DNA of 64,000 nucleotides from Abditibacterium sp. GTDB taxonomy: Bacteria > Armatimonadota > Abditibacteriia > Abditibacteriales > Abditibacteriaceae. Where the stretch lies: contig CBDASK010000003.1 in NCBI GenBank assembly GCA_965199495.1, forward strand, positions 2,272,001-2,336,000, written 5' to 3'. This document shows, in pieces, positions 19,634 to 29,196 of the stretch. The notes beneath the pieces are model-generated. The model ran no database searches and was not told the origin of the DNA. It saw nothing but the letters and a program-made list of their open reading frames with translations. The translations under genes were made by a program, and so were the position numbers. Every line of letters begins with the position of its first letter. Position 1 is the stretch's first letter.

Positions 19634-20776
19634 ATGTTCCCCGTCTCGACTCAATTTTTTCATTTCGACCAACCCGACGCGCCATTGCGTCTGCACGCGG
19701 GCGCGCAGTTGCCGCAATTCACGCTCGCCTATGAGACTTATGGCACGCTCAACAAGCGGCGCGACAACGCGATTTTGCTGTTCCACGCGATGACCGGTTC
19801 GCATCACGCCGCCGGGTTCAACGACGATGTGGCTGGTGTCGGCGGACGTTGGACGAGCGAAATGCACGACGGTTGGTGGGACGGTTTTATCGGGCCGGGT
19901 AAAGCTCTCGACACTGACCGATTTTTCGTGATTTGCGCTAATTATCTGGGCGGTTGTTATGGCTCGACTGGCCCGACTTCGCCGCGCAACAACGGCGAAA
20001 TCTGGGGCGCGAATTTCCCCGCGATTCGCTTGGCCGACATCGTGGATTCGCAACTCAAATTAGTCGAACATCTGGGTGTCGAAACGTTGCACGCCGCCGT
20101 CGGCGCCTCGATTGGCGGACTTCTGGCACTGAGTCTGGCGACGCGTTATCCGCAACGCGTGAAAAACGTCGTGCCGATTGCGACGGGCGTCGAGACTTCG
20201 ATTACCACGAGATTATTAAATTTCGAGCAGATCAACGCCATCGAAGTTGACCCGAAATTTCAGGGCGGCGCCTACGATTTGGCCGATCCGCCGCGCGAAG
20301 GTCTGGCCTTGGCGCGCCGCATCGCGCACAAAACGTTTCGCTCGCTGGCGAGTCTGCGCGAATCGGCGCGCGACGAAATTATCACCGGCGCGCCGCCGTT
20401 TGGCTGGTATGAAATGAACGCGTCCGTCGAAAGTTATATGCTGCACCAGGGCGCCAAATTCGTCGAGCGTTTCGACGCCAATTCGTATCTGCGCATTTTG
20501 GACGCCTGGCAATGGTTCGACATCGTGCGCGAGGCGCGCGCCGAAAATATTGAAGCGCTGTTTCGGCGTTGTCGCAAACAAAAATTTTTAATTTTTTCGA
20601 TTGACTCGGATTTGTCGTTTCCACCCGAACAACAGGGCCGTTTGGTCGAAATTCTCGAAGATGCGGGCGTCGAAACGCTGTGGATCACGGTTCATTCGGG
20701 CAAAGGCCATGACTCGTTTTTGCTGGAGCCAAAGTTATACGCGCCGCATTTACGTGCGCTGTTGATGGGCGAATAA
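19634..20776 (+). CDS. metX: Homoserine O-acetyltransferase
   Basis: AYETYGTLN, HAMTG, IGPGKALDT, GASIGG, RFDANSY, GHDSFLLE. Confidence 0.9.
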   Translation: MFPVSTQFFHFDQPDAPLRLHAGAQLPQFTLAYETYGTLNKRRDNAILLFHAMTGSHHAAGFNDDVAGVGGRWTSEMHDGWWDGFIGPGKALDTDRFFVICANYLGGCYGSTGPTSPRNNGEIWGANFPAIRLADIVDSQLKLVEHLGVETLHAAVGASIGGLLALSLATRYPQRVKNVVPIATGVETSITTRLLNFEQINAIEVDPKFQGGAYDLADPPREGLALARRIAHKTFRSLASLRESARDEIITGAPPFGWYEMNASVESYMLHQGAKFVERFDANSYLRILDAWQWFDIVREARAENIEALFRRCRKQKFLIFSIDSDLSFPPEQQGRLVEILEDAGVETLWITVHSGKGHDSFLLEPKLYAPHLRALLMGE

Positions 20777-20780
20777 GATA

Positions 20781-20922
20781 AGCCACCAAGGACACCAAGA
20801 ACACACCAAGGGGCACCAAGAAGGGAGACGCAATTAAAATGCTGAAGAACTAACTTTTATAGTTTGCCTTTCCGAACGAATTGCTTCTCCCTTCTTGGTG
20901 CCCCTTGGTGTCCTTGGTGGCT
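20781..20922. repeat. CACCAAG-unit long inverted repeat
   Basis: agccaccaaggacaccaag...caccaagaagggag and ctcccttcttggtg...ttggtgtccttggtggct. Confidence 0.8.
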
Positions 20923-22208
20923 CATTTTATTTTCAAAGTCAGCGCGTTAGAAACCATAACTTCGCGGCGTTGCGTTGGGTCAACCGGATCGAGAGCCGAC
21001 GGATTATTGACCAATTCGCCGTTGATAATCAATTGCGTTGAACTGCCGCCGTCCAAATTCATCGCTTCGACGGCGCCCATTTGCGCGAATAAAACGGCGG
21101 TTTCGGGAATCGTTAATCCGACCGACGTGGCTTGCCGTCCGTCGGCGACCAAGAAAAGCCAATTTTTATCTTTGTCCCAACCAACCGCCGTGCGCGGCCC
21201 GCGCGCGATAACATCGGGCTGAAACTCTTCCTCGACTTCGTTGGTTTGTGCTTGCCCGTTCGCCACTAAACGTGGCCCGGCGCCGACAATTGTCGGATAA
21301 TTATCCCACTGCGTCGGTTCGTAACTGATAACCATGCGCATTGTGTCGGGCGCATGGGCGCCGGACAGCAGCCACGTCGCCATTGTGCCGCGCGCGACCA
21401 GCAAATAATCCTGCGCATCGAGCGGCACTTCATCGCCCGCTTTGTAAAACGCGGTGACTTTGCCGATTCTGCGCTGACGACCAAACAGACGAATCGGCCC
21501 ACCGCCCGCGTAAATGTGATTATCGGCTTTGACTTCGGAAATCGCCGCCGCCGTTTCGCCAGTTTTGAGCGTGTAACTCGGACTGAAATTGCGCGACAAC
21601 AACGAAAAACCATTGACAATCGCCGCGCGCTGGCCGGGCAAATTGAAACCGTTGAGCGCGGCCTCGCTTTTCATTTCGCCCGCGCGTAAAGCTGCGGCAT
21701 CTTCGGCAACCGTTGCCGAATCGCGAGTTAAGCTGATTTCCAAGCGGCCTTGAAGCGGCGCGATTAACGCAGATTTACCGTTCCAGCCCAGCGCGGTGCG
21801 ATTGCGCCACGGCAAACGCTGCCACTCGCCGCCGACTTTAACGGCGCCGACCGCGCCGCCGCCATACGCGAAAAAGCCGCCGTTAATCGCGACGATTGAT
21901 TTCGCTTGATCCGCCAGATTGCGGACGGAACGTTTTTTGACGACGTTGGTTACATCGGCGATTTCCAAACCCAGATCAATCAGTTTCGGGTCGGCTTTGA
22001 CGATCCAAAATCGCAAAGGGCCAGCTGGTGCCAGCGTTTGAACGCTTTGCAAAGTCAGGCCGGGTGCGAGTTGCGTGATAACGTTGCTCGGTTGAAATTC
22101 CGGCGGAATTTCTGGTTGTGCCTGCAAAGGCACAATATTCAGCGTCGCGAGTGCGGCGCTTGTGAAAGCGAGTTGAAATAATCGGCGTTTGGTCAGTCGT
22201 AAATTCAT
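20922..22208 (-). CDS. Secreted phosphodiester glycosidase (NAGPA/EpsL-like) domain protein
   Basis: Signal peptide; AINGGFF, GAGPRLV, PRTAVG, DGRQ..SVG, AMNLDGGSS. Confidence 0.85.
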   Translation of the reverse strand: MNLRLTKRRLFQLAFTSAALATLNIVPLQAQPEIPPEFQPSNVITQLAPGLTLQSVQTLAPAGPLRFWIVKADPKLIDLGLEIADVTNVVKKRSVRNLADQAKSIVAINGGFFAYGGGAVGAVKVGGEWQRLPWRNRTALGWNGKSALIAPLQGRLEISLTRDSATVAEDAAALRAGEMKSEAALNGFNLPGQRAAIVNGFSLLSRNFSPSYTLKTGETAAAISEVKADNHIYAGGGPIRLFGRQRRIGKVTAFYKAGDEVPLDAQDYLLVARGTMATWLLSGAHAPDTMRMVISYEPTQWDNYPTIVGAGPRLVANGQAQTNEVEEEFQPDVIARGPRTAVGWDKDKNWLFLVADGRQATSVGLTIPETAVLFAQMGAVEAMNLDGGSSTQLIINGELVNNPSALDPVDPTQRREVMVSNALTLKIK

Positions 22209-22292
22209 ATAAATTGGCGCAGGGTAAGACACGAAATGTGCGACTGTGAGGCGCAGTCAAACGTCCCTAATTTTTGTCAACGCTCGCAAATT

Positions 22293-23165
22293 ATGGATTC
22301 CCAATCGCCCTTGCCCGCCGTCCAACTGAACAAATCCAATTCCGAAGGCGCGCCGCCGGGTTCTCGGCCAATTCCGCGTTGGCGTTGGTGGGTTGCGCTT
22401 CTCATCGTCGGTTCATTTCCGGTTTTGGCCGCGCTCAGCTCGACGCGCCGCGTCGGTCACGACAGCCACGGCGAAGCGACTTTGCCCAAATCGGTCGAAG
22501 GTTTGCTGTTGCTGGGCGGGTTACAATTTGGATTTATCCTGTTGTTGTTCGGCCTGAGTTGGCTGTTTTCGCGCGCCACTAAAGACGAACTTTGGCTGCG
22601 CTGGCGTGAGGGCAACGCGCCAATTTGGAAAGGCGTGCTTTATTCGATTGGCTTGCGATTTTTGGCGGCGTTGCCGCTCATCGCGATTGGCATCGTGTTA
22701 ATGAATATGGGTTTCAGCGAACACCAACTCAAAGCGTGGATGGAGGGCAACAAGCCGCAAACCGAAGGCATCGGCGATTCGGTTCGCGCGGGCACGTTGC
22801 TCTACAAAGCAACGATGCTGACTTTTTTTAGTTTCGTCGTCGCCGGTTTGGGCGAAGAATTATGGCGTGGCGCGACGATGCGCGCTCTGCTCGAAATCGC
22901 GCCGCGTGCGTTGTCGCCGCTCGCCAAAAACGTCATCGTCGTCATCGTTTCGTCGGTCGTTTTCGGCGTTGGCCATTTGTATCAGGGCGTTATTGGCGTT
23001 TTAGTCACGACCGTTTTGGGCCTCGCGTTGGGCGCGCTCACGCTGCATCATCGTTCGATTTGGCCGTCGGTCATCGCGCACGGTTGCTTCGATGCGACGA
23101 CGTTTTTGATGGTCATGCTGGGCGCTGATAAAATGGCGCAAGAAGCGCATTTTTGGATGTTCTGA
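22293..23165 (+). CDS. CPBP/Abi-family intramembrane metalloprotease
   Basis: EELWRG, FGVGHLYQG, AHGCFD motifs in a TM protein. Confidence 0.85.
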   Translation: MDSQSPLPAVQLNKSNSEGAPPGSRPIPRWRWWVALLIVGSFPVLAALSSTRRVGHDSHGEATLPKSVEGLLLLGGLQFGFILLLFGLSWLFSRATKDELWLRWREGNAPIWKGVLYSIGLRFLAALPLIAIGIVLMNMGFSEHQLKAWMEGNKPQTEGIGDSVRAGTLLYKATMLTFFSFVVAGLGEELWRGATMRALLEIAPRALSPLAKNVIVVIVSSVVFGVGHLYQGVIGVLVTTVLGLALGALTLHHRSIWPSVIAHGCFDATTFLMVMLGADKMAQEAHFWMF

Positions 23166-23186
23166 AAAATTGGAGCGAGCGTGACA

Positions 23187-23275
23187 TTAGAGCGGCGGGG
23201 CTTGCGCCTCCTCCCAATCCTTTGCTTTGAGGAAAGTCCGCCGATTAGAAGGAGGCGCAAGCCCCGCCGCTCTAA
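23187..23275. repeat. REP-like inverted repeat, 33-bp arms, 2 mismatches
   Basis: ttagagcggcggggcttgcgcctcctcccaatc ... gattagaaggaggcgcaagccccgccgctctaa. Confidence 0.8.
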
Positions 23276-23282
23276 CAAAACA

Positions 23283-23310
23283 AAAAGCCCCGGCCTAAAC
23301 CGGGGCTTTT
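23283..23310. terminator. Intrinsic terminator (rplI / CPBP gene)
   Basis: aaaagccccgg-cctaaa-ccggggctttt. Confidence 0.75.
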
Positions 23311-23329
23311 ACTTTATCAACTGGAAATA

Positions 23330-23971
23330 TTACGATTCGACGCCCGGCGTTTCCGCCGCGCTCGATTCTTCGACGGTTTCGACCGGAGGCGCGCCTGCGG
23401 CCAAAGTCGCGGCGGCGTTGGCTTCGGCCAGAGGCGGCGTGGCGACACCGGCGGGACGCGGCGGGATAGTGGCCGACGTGGCTGATGCTTCGACGGGTTC
23501 GGCGGGCTTCTCGACGACGGGCGCCGGATTACCGATTTTTACGGGCAGTTCAACCGTGATGTCGCGGTGAAACTTGAGCGGAACGGTGTAGAATCCTTCG
23601 CTGCGAATCGGGTCGGCGAGCAGAACGTTGCGCTTGTCAATTTCGACATCGAAGCGATCTTTGAGCATCTGTGCGATGTCGGCGCTGCCAATCGAACCGT
23701 AAAGCCGCCCGCCCAAACCGACGTTGGCGTCGGAATAGTCGAGGGTTTTGTCTTTGATTTTGTCGGCTTCGATTTGCGCGCCGCCCTTCAATTTGTCCTG
23801 ACGGCGGTCTTCCTGTTTGCGCAGGTTTTCCAGACTGGCCATCGCGCCTTTGGTCGCGGCCATCGCCAGCGAACGCGGCAACAAGTAGTTGCGCGCAAAG
23901 CCATCGGCGACTGTGACAACGTCCATCGCCTGGCCCAATTTATCTACGTCTTGAGTCAAAATTACTCTCAT
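23330..23971 (-). CDS. rplI: 50S ribosomal protein L9 with Pro/Ala/Glu-rich tail
   Basis: MRVILTQDVDKLG, VADGFARNYLLP, GRLYGSI. Confidence 0.93.
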   Translation of the reverse strand: MRVILTQDVDKLGQAMDVVTVADGFARNYLLPRSLAMAATKGAMASLENLRKQEDRRQDKLKGGAQIEADKIKDKTLDYSDANVGLGGRLYGSIGSADIAQMLKDRFDVEIDKRNVLLADPIRSEGFYTVPLKFHRDITVELPVKIGNPAPVVEKPAEPVEASATSATIPPRPAGVATPPLAEANAAATLAAGAPPVETVEESSAAETPGVES

Positions 23972-24103
23972 GTTAATTGCTTCCTCTTAGTGTTCTCTCG
24001 GAAATGTGCCTTCAAAGGTTATCAGAAATCTAAACCGTTGTCATCTTTTTCAGGCAATAGTGAAAATTTCTTCGCGGAAAGCGATGAGGTTTTCTCCTTA
24101 CAT

Positions 24104-25852
24104 TCAAGGCCGCAAACGCACCGCAATCGAAGCCGAACTTTTGCCGCGAATGTCTTCCGTGCCCGCCATCAAATCCAGATTGCGCGTAATGGACAAGCCG
24201 CCATACAAGTTGTAGCTCGAATTGTTCAGCCCGTAAGCGTTGCCTTCGACGAAGAATTTGCCCTTGCGCGCTTCCAGCCCAACGCCTAACTTCGAGCGAT
24301 ATAAACCGTAGCGCGCCGCCAGATTGGGCGTCAGATATTTGCCGCTTTGCAGCGTGAAATCGTCGCCGCTACCGATGTTATCAATGCCGATGCGAAATGG
24401 GCCACCCAGCAAATTGGCGTCGAAACGCGCGTCGCCGAAGTTGCGTCCGTCTTGGCCCGGCGGCGTTTCGCTCAAATGGCGCAAAATCAGCGAAGCGCCG
24501 GGCGAGCCGAACGCATTAGAAACCGTTTTGTCCGCCGTGCCCTGCGCCGTGGCTGCATCGGTCTGCGCGCGCTTTTTGCCGCCCAACAGCGCGTTGATGC
24601 GCTCGGCGGAAGCGCGCGTCGCGGCCAGCGTATTATTCAAATTATCGGCGCTACCTTTTACGTCCGCTAAAAACGCCGGATCGGCGACAATTTTGTTGAT
24701 GCTGGTCGTCGTGACTTCCAGATTGCTGGAGATTGTGCCCAGGCTTGCCAAAACGCCTTTAAGCTGGCCGGTGCCATCGCCCGCCACGAAACCTTGAAGT
24801 GAAGCGGCGGTGTCGCGCAGCGATTCGGTGGATTCGCGCAGCGCGACCAAAGTGCGTTTCAAGTCGGTCGTCGTCGTCGGATCATCCGAAAGTTTGCGCA
24901 ACCCCGTAGTCGCCACGGCGACATTGTCGGCGGCGGTGCGCAGCGATTTGAGCGCGGCCTGCGAGTTTTCCTTGAAACCGCCTGCGCGCAGGGTGAAATC
25001 GAGCGTTTCGGTCAAACCGGCGATAGAATTCGAGGCGCGCGTGGTGTTGGCCAGTAGCGCCTTGAGTTGCCCGCGATTTTCTTGGGCGATGCCATTGAAA
25101 TTGCCGCTCGTCGTGCGCAACTCGCCGCGCGCATCGCTCACCAAACTGCGCACGTCGTTGGACAAGCCACCGGCGTCGCGCGTGGCTTTATCAATATTGG
25201 CCGAAGCGCGTTCGGCGTTGGCGAGCGTGCGCTGCAAACGGCTGGCGGTCTGCGGATCGAACGCCTGACTGGCGTTTTGCGTCAGTTTGGAAATGCTCTC
25301 CAACGTCTGCGCCAACTTTTTCTGATTGGGATTGTTCAACACGCCATTGTTGATATTATCGAGCGTGAGGTTGACTTTTTTAATCGTGCTTTCCAGACTT
25401 TTCGCGACATCATTGGCACTATTGGTCGCGGCCAAAATGCCGCCAGCGGCTTCAGCGGGAATCACTTCGTCGGGATCATCGGGCGTGTAAGTTTCGGATT
25501 TGGCATTGTATGGCCCGCGAATGTCCACGTAATTTTCGCCGACTAAACCCGAAATTTGGACGGAATACGCGTAGGTTTTGAGCAATTTATATGATGGATC
25601 GGCGCGGCGCACGGCGATTTTGAGAATCGGCTGTTGCGTTTTGGGATCGAAATTGACATCGGCGACCTGACCGATTTTTACGCCCTGCAAACGCACGTCG
25701 TTGCCTTGGGCAATCGAGGCGGCGCCGTTGAGGCGCAACGTATAAAACTCGGCGTTGAGGCCCAGTCCGCGCAGGTAAAAATAGCCGAAAACAATGAGCG
25801 CCAGCCCGCCTAAAAAGACGATGCCGACGCGAATTTCGTTGGAGTAACGCAT
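24104..25852 (-). CDS. mlaD: Long MlaD/MCE protein with helical linker and probable C-terminal beta-barrel
   Basis: EIRVGIVF TM, GNDVRLQGVKIGQV, GLVGENYVDI; heptad-rich middle; alternating beta-strand C-terminus (ARYGLYRSKLGVGLE). Confidence 0.8.
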   Translation of the reverse strand: MRYSNEIRVGIVFLGGLALIVFGYFYLRGLGLNAEFYTLRLNGAASIAQGNDVRLQGVKIGQVADVNFDPKTQQPILKIAVRRADPSYKLLKTYAYSVQISGLVGENYVDIRGPYNAKSETYTPDDPDEVIPAEAAGGILAATNSANDVAKSLESTIKKVNLTLDNINNGVLNNPNQKKLAQTLESISKLTQNASQAFDPQTASRLQRTLANAERASANIDKATRDAGGLSNDVRSLVSDARGELRTTSGNFNGIAQENRGQLKALLANTTRASNSIAGLTETLDFTLRAGGFKENSQAALKSLRTAADNVAVATTGLRKLSDDPTTTTDLKRTLVALRESTESLRDTAASLQGFVAGDGTGQLKGVLASLGTISSNLEVTTTSINKIVADPAFLADVKGSADNLNNTLAATRASAERINALLGGKKRAQTDAATAQGTADKTVSNAFGSPGASLILRHLSETPPGQDGRNFGDARFDANLLGGPFRIGIDNIGSGDDFTLQSGKYLTPNLAARYGLYRSKLGVGLEARKGKFFVEGNAYGLNNSSYNLYGGLSITRNLDLMAGTEDIRGKSSASIAVRLRP

Positions 25853-25859
25853 GGTTTTA

Positions 25860-25960
25860 GAGGGACAAGGGACAAGGAGTAAGGAAAGAAGGAAAGAGAG
25901 CGGAAATCGAAGCGTTTGCTTGGTCTCTCCTTGTCCCTTGTTTCCTGACACTTGTCCCTT
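25860..25960. repeat. Inverted heptamer arrays (GGGACAA / TTGTCCC)
   Basis: gggacaa-gggacaa-ggagtaa ... ttgtccc-ttgtttc-ctgacac-ttgtccc. Confidence 0.6.
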
Positions 25961-25964
25961 TTTA

Positions 25965-26927
25965 TTACCCGAAATCGTCGTATTCTTCGTCGGCGATCAG
26001 TTCCGCTTGCTCGGTCTCTTCGGGCGTCAGTTCAACCGGTGGCTCGACGGGTTCTGGCTCGACCAGTAGCGGCCCATATGAGCGGCCCTGCAAGAACTGT
26101 TGCACCACATCCACCTGCGATTTTTCGACTTCTTTGGTGGTGCCATCAGCGACGATTTTGCCAGCATGAACCATCATCACGCGGTCTGCGATGCGCCAGA
26201 TCGAGCCGACGTTGTGCGTCACTACGATATTGGTCGTGCCGTTTTGGTCGCGCACTTTCATGATCAAATCGTCAATGATGCTGGTCATCACCGGGTCGAG
26301 GCCGGAATCGGGTTCGTCATAATACACGATTTCGGGATCAGTCGCCAGCGCGCGCGCCATCGCCACGCGTTTTTTCATGCCGCCCGAAAGTTCATTGGGC
26401 CGTTTCCCCTCAATACCCGGAAGCCCAACTTCTGCCAACAAGCGCGCCACAGTTTGCCTGATTTCGCGGCTCGATGGCCGCTTAAAGCGTGGTCTCTGAC
26501 TTAACCCAAAACCGACGTTGTGGCCGACATCGAGCGAATCAAACAGCGCGGAATACTGAAACACGAAACCGGTGCGCCGTTGAATGTGACGCGCCTCGCG
26601 CTCTTTCATGCCGACGATGTTCTCGCCAAACACCAAAATTTCGCCGCTTTCGGGCTGAATCAAACCGGCCATTAAGCGCAGCAAGGTCGTCTTGCCCGAA
26701 CCCGACGTGCCCATGATGCAGTTAATCGTGCGCGGCGCAATCGAAAGCGAAACGTCGTCCAGAATGAAGCGGCGCGCGCGCGAACCGTCGGGCGCGGGAA
26801 TCGAGTAGGAGACGTTGCGCAATTCGATCATCGGCGCCGCGTTCTCGTCCGGCGGCGCGACTTCGCGCGCCGCCGGAATGGCGGCGGCGGCGGGCACGGA
26901 TTTTCGAGAGAGCGGAGAACGAAGCAC
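25965..26927 (-). CDS. mlaF: ABC ATPase, MlaF-like
   Basis: GTSGSGKT, FQYSALFDSL, LSGGMKKRVAMARAL, YDEPDSGLDP. Confidence 0.88.
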   Translation of the reverse strand: MLRSPLSRKSVPAAAAIPAAREVAPPDENAAPMIELRNVSYSIPAPDGSRARRFILDDVSLSIAPRTINCIMGTSGSGKTTLLRLMAGLIQPESGEILVFGENIVGMKEREARHIQRRTGFVFQYSALFDSLDVGHNVGFGLSQRPRFKRPSSREIRQTVARLLAEVGLPGIEGKRPNELSGGMKKRVAMARALATDPEIVYYDEPDSGLDPVMTSIIDDLIMKVRDQNGTTNIVVTHNVGSIWRIADRVMMVHAGKIVADGTTKEVEKSQVDVVQQFLQGRSYGPLLVEPEPVEPPVELTPEETEQAELIADEEYDDFG

Positions 26928-26974
26928 AGGGAAAGGATAAAGGCGAGGGAATTTCAGCCTTTTCTTTAAACGCT

Positions 26975-27811
26975 TTATTTGAGAAAAGACCCGGCGTCTT
27001 GAATCATTAAAGAAATTAGAAGATCAACCACATAAACCGCGATTAATCCGAAGACGACCGCCGACGTGGTGGCCAGCCCGACGCCCTGCGCGCCGTTTTT
27101 GGTGGACAAACCCTGACGACAACCGATAAGCGCGATCAGCAGACCAAACGGAATGGATTTGCCCAAACCCTGCGCCATGTCGCTGACCAGAACGTAATCC
27201 TGAAACGAGCGCCAGAACAGCGTATTGGAAACGCCGCCCAGCCCCGAAGTGAGACTGGCGCCGTAAAGCCCGGCCAAATTGGCGATGGCCGTGATGCCGG
27301 GAATCATCAGCAACGTGCCCATCACGCGCGGCACCACCAAATAACGCACCGGCGAGGTGCCCATCGTGCGCAGCGCATCCACTTGTTCGGTCACGGTCAT
27401 CGAACCCAATTCGGCGGCCATCGCCGAACCCGAACGCGCGGCGACGACAATCGCCGTAATCACCGGCGCGATTTCGAGCGCCAACGACTTGCCGACGATG
27501 CCGCCCGTCAAACCGGCCTGACCATAAATCACCAACTGCGCCGCCAGATACAACGCAGCCACGGCGCCCGAAAACCCGACGGTGAGGCACGCCACAATCA
27601 GCGAGCCGACGCCGACTTCGCCCATCTGTTTCACGGTGCCGCGCACCGAAACTTCGCCCCGAAAGATGAACCAGAAGGTTTCGGCGCCCAGCGACGCGAT
27701 TTGGCCCCAGAACAGAAAAAAATCGGTGAGCGCGTCAACGAGCGGCTGATAAAAGGGCCGGTGCGGCTCGGCTTCGAGAGTGGCGGTGGAATTGGCAATT
27801 TGCGACGGCAC
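26975..27811 (-). CDS. mlaE: ABC permease, MlaE-like
   Basis: EIAPVITAIVVAARSGSAMAAELGSM..TEQVDAL, GAQGVGLATT. Confidence 0.92.
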   Translation of the reverse strand: MPSQIANSTATLEAEPHRPFYQPLVDALTDFFLFWGQIASLGAETFWFIFRGEVSVRGTVKQMGEVGVGSLIVACLTVGFSGAVAALYLAAQLVIYGQAGLTGGIVGKSLALEIAPVITAIVVAARSGSAMAAELGSMTVTEQVDALRTMGTSPVRYLVVPRVMGTLLMIPGITAIANLAGLYGASLTSGLGGVSNTLFWRSFQDYVLVSDMAQGLGKSIPFGLLIALIGCRQGLSTKNGAQGVGLATTSAVVFGLIAVYVVDLLISLMIQDAGSFLK

Positions 27812-27931
27812 CCGTTATTTTTAACCGATTTTGGTTAAACGCGCTAAACCGGCGCTGTCAATTATCGTGTGACGGAAAATTCGGGCCGCGTCCTGCTGAT
27901 GGCTGATGCGAATGATATGCTTTGATTTATC

Positions 27932-29182
27932 GTGAAAAAATCTCTACTTTTGGGCGCGTTGTGCGCCTGCACTTTCGGTTTCATCTGCGCGCCAATTCAA
28001 GCGCAAAACGCGCCGATGTTTCCTGCGCGAAATATCGATAAAAACAGTGGTTACGGCTTGCTGATCGAAGCGCAAAAATTGCTCAAGTTGGATGGGCCAA
28101 ACGGCGAGCCAACGGCGGCGGAAAAGCTGGCGCCCGACGAAAATTTGCGGCGCCAACGCTTGGCCGTCGCGCGCAACGCTCCGGCGCTGGCCAAATTGCG
28201 CGAGGCGTTGAATGCGGGCATTGTCACGCCGCCCGACATTGTCAACGACGTTGCGGGCAATTTCGTGGTTTACGCTGCGGCGCGCGAAATGGCGCGCCAG
28301 CTTTATCAGGAAGCCGCCGTGCGCGCCGCCGACGGCGACGCAATGGGCGCGGCGCGATCGGATTTAACGGCGCTGCGGTTGGGCGCCCAAATCAGTCGTG
28401 GTTCGATGATTCAAGAGTTAGTCGGCGTGGCGATTAGCGCCATCGCGCGTAAATCTTTCGCGCAGCACGCGTCGCTTTTGAATGCCGCGCAAAGCCGCGA
28501 AGTCGCGGGGCAATGGCAACAAGTCCTCGATCAAATGCCGACGTATACCGAAGTTTTGCGCGACGAAGAAAAGAGCCAACTCGTTTTCATGCGCCAAAAT
28601 ATCACTGGACTCAGCGAGCCAAAGCAACGCGCGGAGGCGCAGGCCCAACTCGATAAAGGCGAACTCAGCGAAGACGATGCGAAGTTAATGCGACAGATGC
28701 TCGCGCTTTCGCCCGCAGAAATCGAAGCCGACTTTCACACCATTTTCGATAAAGCCGTCGAGCGCGCTGCCACGCCTTATTTCTCGGCCACCAAAGCCGA
28801 GCCGATAAAAGGCGCCAATTCCGTGACCGACATCACCGCCGGTCTGCTCAACAGCCCCGCGCTGCGCTTCTCCATCGAGCGCGACATCATCGCCAATCGC
28901 TTGCTCGTCGCCGCACTGAAACTGCACGCCACCAAACTCGAAAGCGGCCAATATCCCGAAACATTCGACGCGGGCGTTGACCCGTTTTCGCCCGATTTGG
29001 CGCCGCTCATTTATAAACGTGCGGGCGATTCTTACGTTTTGTATAGCGTCGGCCCGGACGGCAAAGACGAAAACGGCGCCGAAATTCAGACGGTTTTGAC
29101 CAACGACGCAACCGGCGCCAAAAGCGTGAGCGACCGTTTAACGCCCGGTTCGACCGGCGATATTGTCGCGCCTGTTTTATAA
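27932..29182 (+). CDS. Secreted helical hypothetical protein (paralog 1)
   Basis: Signal peptide; C-terminal DPFS..PLIYKR..YVLYSVGPDGKDE. Confidence 0.7.
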   Translation: MKKSLLLGALCACTFGFICAPIQAQNAPMFPARNIDKNSGYGLLIEAQKLLKLDGPNGEPTAAEKLAPDENLRRQRLAVARNAPALAKLREALNAGIVTPPDIVNDVAGNFVVYAAAREMARQLYQEAAVRAADGDAMGAARSDLTALRLGAQISRGSMIQELVGVAISAIARKSFAQHASLLNAAQSREVAGQWQQVLDQMPTYTEVLRDEEKSQLVFMRQNITGLSEPKQRAEAQAQLDKGELSEDDAKLMRQMLALSPAEIEADFHTIFDKAVERAATPYFSATKAEPIKGANSVTDITAGLLNSPALRFSIERDIIANRLLVAALKLHATKLESGQYPETFDAGVDPFSPDLAPLIYKRAGDSYVLYSVGPDGKDENGAEIQTVLTNDATGAKSVSDRLTPGSTGDIVAPVL

Positions 29183-29196
29183 AATTTTCGGACTTC

